A stretch of DNA of 64,000 nt from assembly GCA_009914755.4 (NCBI GenBank), contig CP068257.2, positions 2,176,001-2,240,000 of the forward strand. The letters run 5' to 3'. The number at the start of each line of letters is the position of its first letter. The first letter of the stretch is position 1. Source of the DNA: the human T2T-CHM13v2.0 reference genome, Homo sapiens. The notes under the pieces are model-generated. The model made no database searches. It was given only the letters and a program-made list of their open reading frames with translations, and was not told the origin of the DNA. The position numbers and the translations under genes were made by a program. Below, piece after piece: positions 27,000-44,610 of this stretch.

Positions 27000-27288
27000 T
27001 TTTTGTTTTTGCTCATTTTTTGAGACAGGGTCTCACTCTGTCACCCAGGCTGGAGTGCAGGGGTATGATCATGGCTTAATGTAGTGTTGACTGCCAGGGT
27101 TCAAGCAATCCTCCCACCTCAGCCTACTGAGTAGCTGGGACCACAGTCATGCATCACCATGCCCAGGTAGTTTTTAAAATTATTTGCTATGTTGTTCAGG
27201 TTGGTCTTGAACTCCTGGGCTCAAGTGGCCCACCCATCTTGGCTCCCCAAAGTTCTGGAATTACATGTGTCAGCCACTGCGCCTGACC
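27000..27288 (-). mobile_element. Alu (AluJ-like) nested in L1
   Basis: TTTTTGAGACAGGGTCTCACTCTGTCACCCAGGCTGGAGTGCAGG...CAGCCACTGCGCCTGACC. Confidence 0.85.
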
Positions 27289-27715
27289 TGTGTGCCTTCT
27301 TTTGAGAACTGTCTGTTCAGATCTTTTGCCTATTTAAATAATTGGATTGTTAGTTTTTTTCTTGTAGAGTTGTTTGAGCTCCTTATATATTCTGGTTATT
27401 AATCCCTTGTCAGTTATATAGTTTGCAAATATTTTCTTCCATTCTGTGGATTGTCTTTTCACTTTGTCCATTGTTTTCTTTACTGTGCAGAAACTTTTGA
27501 ACTTGATGTGATACCACTTGTTCATTTTTGCTTTGGTTGCCTGAGCTTTTGGAGTATTACTCAAGAAATCTGTGCCAAGAGCAATTTCCTGGAGAGTTTC
27601 CCTAATGTTTTCTTTCAGTAGTTTCGTGTCTTTGATTTAAGTCTTTAACCCATTTGGATTTGATTTTTGTATATAGTGCAAGAGAGGCTTCTAGTTTAAC
27701 TATTCTGCCAATGAC

Positions 27716-27979
27716 TTTGGGAGGCCAAGGTGGGCGGATCATGGGGGCAGGAGATCGAGACCATCCTGGCTAACACGGTGAAACTCCGTCACTACTAAAA
27801 GTACAAAAAAAAAATTAGCCAGGCGTGGTGGTGGGCACCTGTACTCCCAGCTACTTGGGAGGCTGAGGAGGAGAATGGTGTGAACCCGGGAGGTGGAGCT
27901 TGCAGTGAGCCCAGATCGCGCCACTGCACTCCAGCCTGAGCAACAGAGCTAGACTCCATCTCAAAAAAAAAAAAAAAAA
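27716..27979 (+). mobile_element. 5'-truncated Alu nested in L1, with TSD TCTGCCAATGA
   Basis: starts TTTGGGAGGCCAAGGTGGGCGGATCATGG...; poly(A) to 27979; TCTGCCAATGA on both flanks. Confidence 0.85.
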
Positions 27980-29257
27980 TCTGCCAATGAATATCTAGTT
28001 TTCCCAGCACAATTTGTTGAAGAGACTGTCCTCTCCCCCATGTATATTCTTGGCACCTTCATTGAAAATGAGTTAATTGTAAATGTATGGATTTATTTCT
28101 GGGTTCTCTATTCTGTTCCATTGGTCTATGTGTCTGTTTTATGCCAGTACCATGCTGTTTTGTTTATAATTGCTCTGTACTATAATTTAAAGTCAGGTGA
28201 TGTGATTCTTCCAGTTTTGTTCTTTTTACTCAGGATGGCTTTTGGTATTCTGGGTCTTTTATGGTTTCATGTAAATTTTAGGATTTTTTTTCTATTTCTG
28301 TGAAGAAAGTTATTAGTATTTCAATAGGGATTGCATTGAATCTGTAGATTGCTTTGTGAAGTATGGGTATTTTAACAATATTTACTCTTCCAATAAATGA
28401 ACATGGACTATCTTTCCATTTTTTTTTTGGTGTCCTCTTTAATTTTTTTGCATCTATGTTTTATAGTTTTCATTGTAGAGATCTTTCACTTCTTCTGTTA
28501 TGTTTATTCCCAGTTATTTTATTTTATTTGTAGCTATTGTAAATGGGATTACATTCTTGATTTTCTTCTTTAGATTGTTCATTTTTGTCATTTAGAAATG
28601 CTACTGACTTTTGTAGTTTGATTTTGTATACTGTGACTCTGAATTTGTTGATCAGTTCTAATAGTTTTTTGGTGGAGTCCTTAGGTTTTTCCAAATATAA
28701 GAGCTAATCATCTGCAAACAAGAAACAGTAATAATTTTACTTCTTTCCAATTTGGATCCCTTTTATTGTTTTTCTCTTGTCTGAATTGCTCTAGCTAGGA
28801 CTTCCAGTACTATGTTGAGTAACAGTGTTGGAAGTGGACATTCTTGTCTTGTTCCAGATCTTAGAAGAAAGGCTTTCAGCTTTTCCCTGTCCAGGATGAT
28901 ACTGGCTGTGGGTCTGTTGCATATGGTTTTCATTGTGTTGTGGTATGTTCCTTCTATATCTAGTTTTTTTTGAGGGTTTCTTTTTATCACAGGGATGTTG
29001 AATTTTATTAAATGCTTTTCAGCATCAATTGAAATTATCATATGGTTTTTGTCCTTCATTCTGTTGATATGATGTGTCACATTGATTGATTTGCATACAT
29101 TGAACCATGTTGGCATCCTTGGGATAAATCCCACTTAGACATGATGAATGGTCTTTTTCATAGGATGAGTTTGGAAATACTACAGCCTTCTCTGTTTTTT
29201 TGGAATAGTTTGAGTAGGATTGATAGTAATTCTGCCTTCAATGTTTGGTAAAATTAA

Positions 29258-29644
<387 letters not shown>

Positions 29645-30039
29645 CATTTCTTCCAGGTTTTTCAATTTATTGGAATATAGTTGGTCATAATAGTTTCTAA
29701 TGATTCTTTGAATTTCCACAGTATCAGTTATAGTGTCTCCTTTTTAATCTCTGGTTTTATGTATTTGAATCTTCTCTCTTTTTTCTTAGTCTGGTTAAGT
29801 GTTTGTTGATTTTGTTGGTCTTTTAAAAATATTAACTTTTCATTTCATTGATATTTTATATTTTTAAATTTCAATTTCATTTATTTCTGCTCCGATCTTT
29901 GCTATGTTTCCTTCTACTAATTTTGGTTTTGGCTTGCTCTTGCTTTTCTAATTATTTAAGATGCATTATTAGGTTGTTTATTTGAAGCTTTTCTACTTTT
30001 TTTGATGTAGGTGCTTTTATCTATAAACTTACCTCTTAG

Positions 30040-30384
<345 letters not shown>

Positions 30385-30439
30385 TGAGACCCTTTTACTT
30401 GATAACAGTGGTAGCTGGGACAAGTTGGCAATGTAAATA

Positions 30440-30690
30440 AATAAACAACATCTAGATTGGAAAGGAAGAAGTACAGTTATCTTTATGTACAGATGACATG
30501 ATCTTGCATTTAGAAAATCGTAAGAAATTTACTAAAAAGTATTAGGACTCATGAACAAACTTAAGAATGTAACACTATATAAGATTGGTATACAAAAATA
30601 ACTGTATTTCTTTACCAATAAATCAAGAATCCAAAAATGGAATTAAAAAAATAAATCTTGTTACAATAGAATTAAAGCTGGGGAAGCTTA
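30440..30690 (+). mobile_element. old L1 (L1M-like) ORF2 fragment
   Basis: translation ...[28 protein letters not shown].. resembles the L1 RT segment [24 protein letters not shown]. Confidence 0.6.
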
Positions 30691-32215
30691 AACTTGAACA
30701 CTAAAAACTACAATACATGGTTAGCGTTGGAAACACCCAGATACCATCCCTGAGCCTTCTCTCCTTGGCTCTGAGGGCTTTACCTTCACGGGGTGAGGAA
30801 AGGGGTTGCATTCTTGGCTTTTACATTATATTAGGTGGGTTCGGGTTGAGGTATCTGCAATTCAAATGAGTATTACAATCTCTACTTTTATGGATAAGAG
30901 ACTGAGGCCCACCAAGAGAGGGAATGACAGTCCATATCCTGGAAGGCGAATTGTCAGGCACTGATTTCCGCTATTTAACCCCTGCCAATCATCATGTATT
31001 TAAAGGATCCCCAGATACCATACCAATAGGTGTTCAAGAGAGAGGCCTGTAATCTAGGCGTCTGAGAAAACAAGGCTAGAGATTCCAATATTGGAGACAA
31101 CAGGGCTCTGGGAAGATTAAGGTTGAGTTTTCTGGATCTGCAGAATAGAGTCACTGAGGACCAATTGCAAGATCAGAGGAGATGAAAGAACAAGTCAGGG
31201 CATGCTTAGGAAAAGAGAATACCAGGGATAGGTTTTAGGCAAGAGTCACACTGAGGAAGGGCAGGTTCTTGGCGTCGTTTAGGAAGAAATCCAAAAGCAA
31301 GCCTGTGGTGGAAGAAAGCAGCTCTACGGAGGCATTGGCGGTGTTACAGCACTGCGTCCACTCCGGCAGGGCAGGGAGCCCTCCGTGGGTTGTGCTCCCA
31401 GAGCAGCAGCCTAGGGGTGGCTTGTAGTCATTTTTATAATTCACTTTTAAAGGCATGCTAATTAAGGGGCGGGTTATTCAGAAATAGCTAGAAATGGGCA
31501 GTAACTTCCATCTGTTTCCATGGCAAGGGGTGGGGACTTCTCGTGATGACATGGCATTGGCAAACTGTCATGGCACTGGTGGGAGCGTCTTCTGGTGATC
31601 TGAGGCGTGAGGTGCTTTCGCTGCCTCTCCCAGGTTCCTGCGTGCCTCTTACCTGAAAGCCCATCACACCCCCATCTGCCCACCTACAAACGTCACTGCC
31701 CTTTCACCCCATCCCCGTTTCACACGCACTCCCACATCAACCCTGAGCATTCAAGCCTGCGTTTCCCTGTTAGGAACCTCGGTGGTAGCCGGAGCTCTGA
31801 GAAACCCCTAGGCAGAACTCCTTGCCTAGTTTGTGGCAGACATCAGGGAAGGAAAGGCAAATTTCAGGTCTTTCTCACAATAAATAAATAAAGATAGGTA
31901 GATTTGATTGATGGATGGATGGATGAAACCTGGGAGTCTACGGGCAAATATTTATCAGACACTGGAAGTGTAAGTTGTCACAAAGATTATGGAGTGCACC
32001 TGTCTTATGACCCTGTTATTTTATCCTAGTATGTGCACTAGAGCATATTTTCTAACAGTGTAAATTGAAGGCTCACAAATTAGTTTAGTGAGAGAAAAGA
32101 TAACGGATTGGAAGAGAATTACCATATTCATTAGTTGTGTTTTAAAATTTTTAAAGTAAAATAGAGACATTATTTTTTTCATGCTTTCGAATGCATCTAT
32201 AAAAAATAGACTTGA

Positions 32216-32573
<358 letters not shown>

Positions 32574-32789
32574 TTATTTTCACAATGTCCCAGGCTGTGA
32601 AACCAGGATTTAATAAAGAACCAGAATGCCACATCTGTGTCACCTGGGTAGGGACCAGTCCTGATACATTAAGTCCGGGTCTCTGGGTAACTGGACTCAA
32701 CTGCTGGGCAAAACAGAATGTCCGGCTAGGGTTCCTAACGGGGTACCGCAAAGCCTCATGGGAATTGTAGTGTCACCTTCCAATGATGT

Positions 32790-33330
32790 TACCATCAAGG
32801 ACCTTGGGAACCAGCTTTTCTCTCTGCGCTTGCGCCGCCCGGCCCACTCCGCCATTTTCCTCCGGAAGTGCGGCACCCAGAGGCGGTCCTGTAGCCGGGC
32901 CGGCTTGGGGCTTGGTTCTATGTCCCTGCGGGTCGGTGCAAGGGCGAAGAGGAACCCGTGGGCCTCAGGGGATCCCGGGGGGCCGGACCAGTGTTCCCTA
33001 GTTGTGGGAGCAGACGCGTGGGCACATTGCGGGCGGGCAGGGCCTGAAGTGCAGGTGCGGGCAGTGGACCCTGGCGGGGGCTGGGAGGACAGGCGTGGGG
33101 TCCCGGCAGTGAAACGGGTTCTAGAGGCGCAGGAGCAGGTAGGAGAGGCCGGTGGCCCTGGGCCCGGAGTCTGCAGGCCGCGCTCCTGTCCTGCCGCTGA
33201 GGGACCCGGTTACCAACCTGCATGACGCTCAGTTTGCCCATCTGTCCCAGTGGTAACACACAGTTCTCGGGAGACGTTCCCCATTCCCAGAGGAGTAGTG
33301 TGAAACGCGTGCGCCTCTAGTCTTAAACTT
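32790..33330. promoter_or_regulatory. CpG island with promoter-like motifs (YY1-like GCCATTTT, ETS CCGGAAGTG) and a candidate splice donor CAG|GTAGGA near 33137
   Basis: dense CpG run, e.g. GCGCTTGCGCCGCCCGGCCCACTCCGCCATTTTCCTCCGGAAGTGCGGCACCCAGAGGCGG...; the only strongly GC- and CpG-rich block in the window. Confidence 0.55.
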
Positions 33331-36143
33331 GGCGTTTGTATTAGTTGGGTTTCCTGGTGTCTCTTTAGCAAGTGAAGTTTCTGGTTCCCTCCTTCACTGT
33401 GTGACCTGCCTAGTCCTCCTGGGTCGCATTTACAGAAGTTTATACGAGACCTAGTTTCCAGGGAAGAACTCACTGATTCCGCGAGGGAGATGGCTTAATG
33501 GATGATGGTCGTCAGCCTTAAGGATACTTCAGTCTTAACTGTGTGTTACAAAGTTTGAAAGGGAGGGTTCCCTATGAATAAGAAGCACACTTGAAAGAAC
33601 AGCCATCTGGTCTAACCTCTCACTGGTGCTTCAGAGGAGGAAAAAAGGTCACAGGTGAAGATCCCAGTTTTCCTTGCTCAGGAAATATTAATTCTACTCC
33701 CTAGAATGCACAAGATTTGCAAAGACTAGGTGATAGTAGAAGGTTTGGACGAACTTTCAGAAGGTTGAGGTGAATTCAGCTAAGAAGAACAGGCAAGGAC
33801 TTAGGAAATATTCCTTATTTGAAGGGGCCTGAAAGTGTGGTCTGGGGTACAGCAGTGACCTGTCATACTTGAGAGGATTAAAATACTCTCCAAACACAGT
33901 CCCATTCCTTCAACCTTAGCTCGTTTTTTCCAGCGTCTGAGATATATTAAACCTAGTCCATCCCCAAATTTAACATTAGATTGCGAAGTTCTATTGATTG
34001 TATTTGATTTGTAATTTAAGATTTTCTCCCCCTACGTAATTTTGTTAAAAACACAGAAGTGAATTCTGTTCACTTAGGTGTAACAGTTAATACTTGCTGT
34101 TTAAGGAACTAATTAAAGCTTACTGGCTTATAAAAAACAACCACCATTTTATTTGTTCGAAGTTCTGTGGATCTGCACTTTGGTGTGGTGGGTTAAGCTG
34201 GGTAGTTAATATATTTGTGTTGCCTGGATCACAAAAAGGCCTCAGTCACCTGGTGCCTTGACTGAGCCTGGTTGGTTTAAGATAGTTTCCTTCACAATCT
34301 GGTGGTTTGTGGTGACTCTTGGCTAGGCCCTGTGTCTCCAACAGGGTAGCTCCAGACCTCTTCACAATTTCCCCCAAAAAGGAAAGAACCAATGGATATT
34401 TGCATCACATTTTCCATTTTCCATTCACTGGACAAGTCAGATGGAAAAGCCCAATTTATTGTCAGAGCATAATATGAGGGCTTGGATAGAAGGAAAGGTG
34501 TTATTGAGAAACATGAGTAGAATGGTGTACTGCAGGAAATACATATTATGTACATTTTAAAAAACGTAATTGTAGGCCAAAATTGCTGGTTTGCAAGATG
34601 CATTTTCCATGATGTTCAGGTATAGAAAAGCAAGATGTACTGTCATGGGAACACTCATATGTAGTTATTTGTGGAATCTACATATTAATAGGAAAATAGT
34701 TAATACAGCGCAGTATATTTCTATAACATTTATTTTAGTGAACTTATAATGTTTCTTTGTATTAAATTATTAGATTATATATTTAGATAATATTGTTACT
34801 AAATTAGTAGGTAATATATATTTTTATTCAAAAATAAATTGTGCATCTAATGTCTACCAATTAATGTACTTGTAGATGTATCTTATCTTAACTTGAGTCT
34901 TTGCTGCCCCTAATGAGGTGTGAAGGACTCTTCTCCCCTGGGGAAGTTTTTCTTTTTCAGGAGGGAGGAGGGCTTTCCCAGGTAATGTGTCTAGAGTGTT
35001 GGGCAGAAGAATCTGGGACCACACCACACCAGTTCTCTCCTTAATCCACGTCATTTGCCTTCTATCCCAGGTATGTTTCCAGTGTCCTCTGGGTGTTTCC
35101 AAGAGCAACAAGAAACGAATAAATCTCTGGTGAGTTGTTTATTTGTTCTTCACTTTGTTTTACACTGTATTTTCTGAGTTTATGGGTGTCTGTGAATTAA
35201 AAAGGAAAAGTAGAAATAAGTAAAACTCAGGTTGAAGGAAATATACATAAATAAGATAAAGCTGACCTGTAGATATAGGCAGGTTATAAGAGCTTAGAGT
35301 TGTCTAAGTTGAGTGCAAATTTTCCTCTGATCTTTCTGATGCCGAGACAAAAAAGGCAGTCATGTTTGTTATGTGATTGGAATGGAACCCGAGAAGAGAG
35401 CATGCTGTGTTCTTGTGGGACAGGAAAGCTTGCGTGCACCAAGTCTGAACCACCACCTTCATTGGTGACATAGATTATGTGCTGGAACATATTTCACACC
35501 GGCCTGGCAGTAAACACTTGTAGTGTTGTGCAGTGGAAACGGTCATCTTCCGCTAAATCACGGCGTGTTGTGCAGCGGAAATGGTCATCTGCTGCTAAAG
35601 CACAGCTTCCATCGTAATGTATGCTCCTTGCTCAAAGAGTGTGGTCCCAAACAGCCTTTGGGAGGTCCTCCTTGATTCATGGATGAAACCTGGAACATCT
35701 TGAGGACTGAGTTAACCATAGGTCCTTAAATAACTCTCCACACGTTTTTCTTAGTTTATCTCTACATGCAGGGTGTGCAGCAGCCTGTTCAAAGTCATAT
35801 TTTCTGGGAAATATTTCCAGTGTTTATTTGCACTTTAGCCCACTCTGTGTAGCCTTATTTCTTCTAAACTCACCATTAACCTGAATAATAGTCAAATTTA
35901 GGGGGACTGTATTTGCCTTACTCGAGTCTTCTACCATAGTTGAAACTGTCGTACCCGAGTGAGTTAGAGAGAAATGCCACGCATTGAGACGAATTCAGGA
36001 GTCCTTTACTAGTCAGCGACTGAGACATGGCTAACGCACGAAATTCTCTCGGCCCCGAAGAAGGGACTAGATTTTCTTTTATACTTTGGTTTAGAGAGGG
36101 GAGGGGGGATTCTAGCTGCAGCAACTTTACAGAAGAAAAAAAC

Positions 36144-36470
36144 AGGCCGGGCGCGGTGGCTCACGCCTGTAATCCCAGCACTTTGGGAGGCCGAGGCGGG
36201 TGGATCATGAGGTCAGGAGATCGAGACCATCCTGGCTAACAAGGTGAAACCCCGTCTCTACTAAAAATACAAAAAATTAGCCGGGCGCGGTGGCGGGCGC
36301 CTGTAGTCCCAGCTACTGGGGAGGCTGAGGCAGGAGAATGGCGTTGAACCCGGGAAGCGGAGCTTGCAGTGAGCCGAGATTGCGCCACTGCAGTCCGCAG
36401 TCCAGCCTGGGCGACAGAGCGAGACTCCGTCTCAAAAAAAAAAAAAAAAAAAAAAAAAAAAGAAAAAAAC
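36144..36470 (+). mobile_element. AluY-like with ~35-nt poly(A)
   Basis: GGCCGGGCGCGGTGGCTCACGCCTGTAATCCCAGCACTTTGGGAGGCCGAGGCGGGTGGATCATGAGGTCAGGAGATCGAGACCATCCTGGCTAACAAGGTGAAACCCCGTCTC... Confidence 0.9.
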
Positions 36471-36929
36471 AGACAAAAAACTTAGAAAGACAGATGGTTA
36501 CAGGAAAACAAACTGTTCCTGGTGTAGGGTCTTTAAATTCACCACAAAGTGATAGGTGAGGGGGCTCTGGGCATTATCTGCCGGACAAATGTGGGGGCTT
36601 TATGATACTATCTCTGAGTAAATTGCTGGGAACTGGGGACATCTCTTGTCTCAGCACTTTATCAGTTAATTGCACGCTTTGATATGTTGAAAATCAGCTT
36701 GCACAAGTTAAAGTCCTTGAGGAAAGGGGGTGGGTAAGGAGTCCTTGATGTCTTGTTAATGAAGGAGCCAAATGGAGTTTGTCTGGTTTTCTCAGCTAAG
36801 GGAGAGTCTATTCGTATTAAAAACAAGGTTAGCTGTCTAAGGAAGAGTCTATTCATGTTAATACAACGTTGGGTATTACAAAACGTCTGTTCATGATCTG
36901 GAAATTCTTCTGTGTTAGTTCTGTTAAAA

Positions 36930-37330
36930 GAAAAACTTTAAAGGAGTTTAATTTAGCAATAAACGATTCATGAATCGGACAGTCCCCAGAATCACAGCAG
37001 ATTCACAGAGACTCCAGTGCAGTCATGTGGTGGAAGAAGATTTATAGACAAAAGGGAAGTGGCATACCGAAATCGGAAGTGAGGTACAGAAACAACTCAG
37101 CGTTTGCCTTGTTTGAACACATTTTGAACATTTGGCAGTGCCTGAGTGGTTGAAGTTTGGCCATTGGGATTGGCCAAGATGTAGCTGTTGTTCCAGGTGC
37201 ATACTCTTAAGTTAGTTTTTCATTCTTGTATACCTATTAAGGTAGGTTGCAGTTCACCCACAAGGACTCATATATAGAATTATGGAGTCCTTCTCAGGCC
37301 ATACTTAGTTCACTTTAACAATGCCTTCCC
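36930..37330 (+). repeat. unclassified interspersed repeat copy (~80% similar to 50690-51190)
   Basis: shared AGCAATRAAYGATTCAYGAATCRGRCAGYCCCCAGAATCACAGCAGATTC...GGGATTGGCCA...TTAGTTCACT.TAACA. Confidence 0.65.
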
Positions 37331-37698
37331 TTTGGTTATTTTCTCAATTTTGAGAGATTGGCCGAAACTTCAGTCACTGGTGTCACTATTACCATTGCAA
37401 ATGTACTTACTTGGTTTAGAAACCCACTGGGAAATAGACCAGTGAGATTTGAAAAGGTGGAACAAGGACTTGAGTAGAAGGTATCTTCTTATGCTGGAAC
37501 ATCCTGTTTACAGGAGAAAAACAAAACCTGGTTTGTTCTAGGATTTATGTGTTTCCCTAAAGTCTTAGTTTGATTATGTTACATTTAGCATGAGTGACTC
37601 CATTTTGGTTTGGTTTGGTTTGGTCTGTTGGGACCTATTGCATGAGCTTAGTTCAAAACAATGGCCTCCCATAATTTTGCTTTAAAAATTCCTCCTTT

Positions 37699-37993
37699 TT
37701 GCTGGGTGTGGTGGCTCACACCTGTAATCCCAGCACTTTGGGAGCCTGAGGTGGGCAGATCACGAGGTCAGGAGATTGAGACCATCCTTGCTAATATGGT
37801 GAAACCCCATCTCTACTAAAAATACAAAAAATTAGCCAAGTGTGGTGGCGGGTGCCTGTATTCCCAGCTACTCAGGAGGCTGAGGCAGGAGAATGGCCTG
37901 AACCCGGGAGGCAGAGCTTGCAGTGAGCCGAGATCATGCCACTGCACTCCACTCTGGGGGACAGACCAAAACTCTGTCTTAGAAAAAAAAAAA
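37699..37993 (+). mobile_element. Alu
   Basis: GCTGGGTGTGGTGGCTCACACCTGTAATCCCAGCACTTTGGGAGCCTGAGGTGGGCAGATCACGAGGTCAGGAGATTGAGACC... Confidence 0.9.
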
Positions 37994-38054
37994 TCCTCCT
38001 TTTCAGTCAAGTTCTCACTTAGTTGAGAGTGTGACCAAAATGTAGGGCCTTAGC

Positions 38055-39265
38055 ATCACTCTTAGTTACCATTGTTTTGGGTTCCAGTTATAGCATGTCA
38101 TTCCCATTGTTTTGGGTTTCTGGTTTAGCACATCACTCCCATTGTTTTGGGTTCCGGTTTTAGCACGTCATTCCCATTGTTTTGGGTTTCTGGTTTAGCA
38201 CGTCACTCTCATTGTTTTGGGTTCCTGTTTTAGCACGTCACTCCCATTGTTTTGGGTTCTGGTTTAGCACGTCACTCACATTGTTTTGGGTTCTGGTTTT
38301 AGCACCTCACTCCCATTGTTTTGGGTTTCCAGGTTTTAGCACGTCACTCCCATTGTTTTGGGTTTCTGGTTTAGCACGTCACTCCCATTGTTTTGGGTGT
38401 CTGGTTTTATCACGTCACTCCCATCGTTTTGGGTTTCTGGTGTAGCAGAACACTCCCATTGTTTTGGGTTTCTGGTTTTAGCACTTCACTCCCATTGTTT
38501 TGGGTTTCTGATTTAGCAGGACCCTCCCATTGTTTTGGGTTTCTGGTTTTAGCATGTCACTCCCATTGTTTTGGGTTCCGGTTTTAGCACGTCACTCCCA
38601 TTGTTTTGGGTTCCGGTTTAGCACGTCATTCCCATTGTTTTGGGTTCAGGTTTTAGCACATCACTCCCATTGTTTTGGGTATCTGGTTTTAGCATGTCAC
38701 TCCCATTGTTTTGTGTATCTGGTTTTAGCACCTCACTCCCATTGTTTTGGGTTTCCAGGTTTTAGCACGTCACTCCCATTGTTTTGGGTTTCTGGTTTAT
38801 CATGTCACTCTCATTGTTTTGGGTTTCTGGTTTAGCAGGACACTCCCATTGTTTTGGGTTTCTGGTTTAGCAGGTCACTACCATTGTTTTGGGTTCCGGT
38901 TTAAGCACATCACTCCCATTGTTTTGGGTTCCGGTTTTAGCACATCACTCCCATTGTTTTGGATTTCTGGTTTAGCAGGTCACTCCCATTGTTTTCGGTT
39001 CTGGTTTAAGCACATCACTCCCGTTGTTTTGGGTTCTGGTTTTAGCACCTCACTCCCATTGTTTGGGTTTCTGGTTTTGCAGGTCACTCCCATTGTTTTG
39101 GGTTCCAGTTTAAGCACATCACTCCCATTGTTTTCGTTTCCGGTTTTAGCACGTCACTCCCATTGTTTTGGGTTCCAGTTTTAGCAAGTCACTCCCATTG
39201 TTTTGGGTTTCTGGTTTAGCATGTCACTCCCATTGTTTTGGGTTTCCAGTTTAGCATGTCACTCA
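38055..39265. repeat. minisatellite: ~34 tandem copies of a 34-37 bp unit AGCACGTCACTCCCATTGTTTTGGGTTYCKGGTTTT
   Basis: uninterrupted head-to-tail units with point variants (ACG/ATG/AGG, TTCCGG/TTCTGG/TTCCAGG) visible by eye. Confidence 0.95.
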
Positions 39266-40535
39266 TAGGTTATGGTGGCCTTATGGTTGCACATTTTTTT
39301 TAATCTCTTGTCATTCCAGTTGAAGAGATACCATTTGACATTTTAGAGATGGCTGCATGCAAACTCTTGAAACATTTGAGTAAGTACAGTACACCAGGGA
39401 GACTCTTATGACTATTGGGATAACACCAAGATGTGGTATATGCTCCTTACTCAGGGTCCCCATAAATCAAACCACCAAAAATCAAATAGATTAAAGAATA
39501 AATTAGATAAAGGGTTTACTTGCTTAACTAAGTGGTTTTTTTTGTTAATTCCCTACAACCAAATCTTTATAATACCCCATGTTTTCTCCACATGCTGTAA
39601 GTGTTAGCAGCTGCACAGATACTTAAGATAAGAGTCTCATGATAGTAGAGAAGTCTTGATCTGTGATCTTGGGAAAAGCTGTTCACATTAAGGATGCCAT
39701 CTTCTTCTGGGGGGAACTGTCCGTGTTAGCTTTACCTTAAGGGTTCCAATAGGCATATGGTTCCGAGTGTGGAGGGACCCTTCTGAGTTGTGAGACTATG
39801 AACCCAAAGTTTAAGGTTTTAAAGTTTTGTTGTCATGTGGATGGCGAGGGCAGTCCTTCTCTGATGTTCTCAGAAGATCCAGTCATCAGATTCTAGATTT
39901 TGAAGGGTTTGACTGTCCTCAGTGAACCATAAAAGGCTTTCTTTACCTGGTGAAAATACACTTCAGGGTAATAATCTACTGTTTTAACATCAACTCTCTC
40001 GCATGGAAGAGCTTTTATACAATCAGAAAACATGCACTGAAAATGACAACTGAATGAAATCCCTTTATAAAATGTTTAAATGGCCCATCAGATAACCAAA
40101 TGTACCTGAAGTTTTGATTGTTTTCCTAGGAATATAGGTTTCACAAACCAAACATTGGTTATAAACTATTTTAGCAGTTTAGAAATCACCACACCAATAT
40201 ATTTAATTTGGATCGTTTTCTCTTTCTGTGATGAGTTATGGAATGCAGAACTTTTAATAACAAAAGTTTTTAAGACTTAAGAAGGATAAGGTGGCCATCC
40301 TGGTTCTTCATAGGTCTGTGCTTAATTAACATCAGACTTACATCCTCTTGAATACCAGCTGTTTCTCCAAATTAGGTGCATGGCACTGGTAACTGATGAG
40401 TAGTTATAGGTAATTTGATTTAGACCATGGAGTTTATTTAAATTATATATCTAAACAATTTCAATATTGGTGATTTAGCATGAAAATGTGGCAAAATATT
40501 TCCTTGGTATACAATTTTTGTTTTACTTGGGTTAG

Positions 40536-40868
<333 letters not shown>

Positions 40869-41172
40869 TAACTGTTGAGAATTCTTAGCCAGTCCAATTC
40901 TTGGGGTATCGGGGAACTTATGGGGAATTTTTACCCATGATATTAAAGTTATTAGAAATCTGTGTTCACGAGTGTTTTTCAGGGTCATTTTCATTCTTTC
41001 ATGAATCTTCTAAGAGACACCATACTCTAGAATTTTGCATGCTTGTGAAGTTTTTAGAAACTGCATCACCATTAAGCAATTAACTGTGAAATGACTCTAG
41101 TTATAGTTAAAGACAATTGACAAGGAAATTTGGTTATTTCTGTGGTCTACAATAACTTAATAACCATAATTA

Positions 41173-41553
<381 letters not shown>

Positions 41554-42027
41554 TTATTTTGACAGTGCTACCCATGTGACTTAACATGTTAAATAGTCCT
41601 GTTTACCTCTCTTTTGGGTGCTTCAGGGGTCTCTGTAGTATCCCAAAATTAGAGGTCAGAAAAGACAATTTTGAAGTTGAAATTTGATTTTGGGAAGCCT
41701 ATTAAATATATTAAAGGTTTAAACACTTGATGTTATGAAATAGAATTCCACTTCACCGTAAGTCATTCATTTACCAAAAATCATGACAAAAAATTTTTAT
41801 TATTTTTTTATTTTTATTTTTTATTATACTTTTAGTTTTAGGGTACATGTGCACATTGTGCAGGTTAGTTACATATGTATACATGAGCCATGCTGGTGTG
41901 CTGCACCCACTAACTCGTCATCTAGCATTAGGTATATCTCCTAATGCTATCCCTCCCCCCTCCCCCCACACCACAACAGTCCCCAGAGTGTGATATTCCC
42001 CTTCCTGTGTCCATGTGATCTCATTGT

Positions 42028-44142
<2,115 letters not shown>

Positions 44143-44199
44143 TTACATCCCAGGGATGAAGCCCACTTGATCAAGTTGCATAAGCTTTTTGATGTGTTA

Positions 44200-44610
<411 letters not shown>

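Noticed and set aside
32758-33225. 155-aa plus-strand ORF and overlapping 113-aa minus-strand ORF in the CpG island
   Set aside because: Stop codons are rare in GC-rich sequence. Both strands are open, there is no start context and no recognisable domain. The region is better explained as a promoter or 5'UTR.
38182-39184. Several 64-145 aa ORFs rich in HCFGF/WVSGL repeats
   Set aside because: They are reading-frame translations of the 35 bp minisatellite. The periodic peptide reflects the repeat, not a protein.
38055-39265. Possible CRISPR-like array (regular ~36 bp repeats)
   Set aside because: Units are contiguous with no spacers, and the context is a primate genome. It is a minisatellite.
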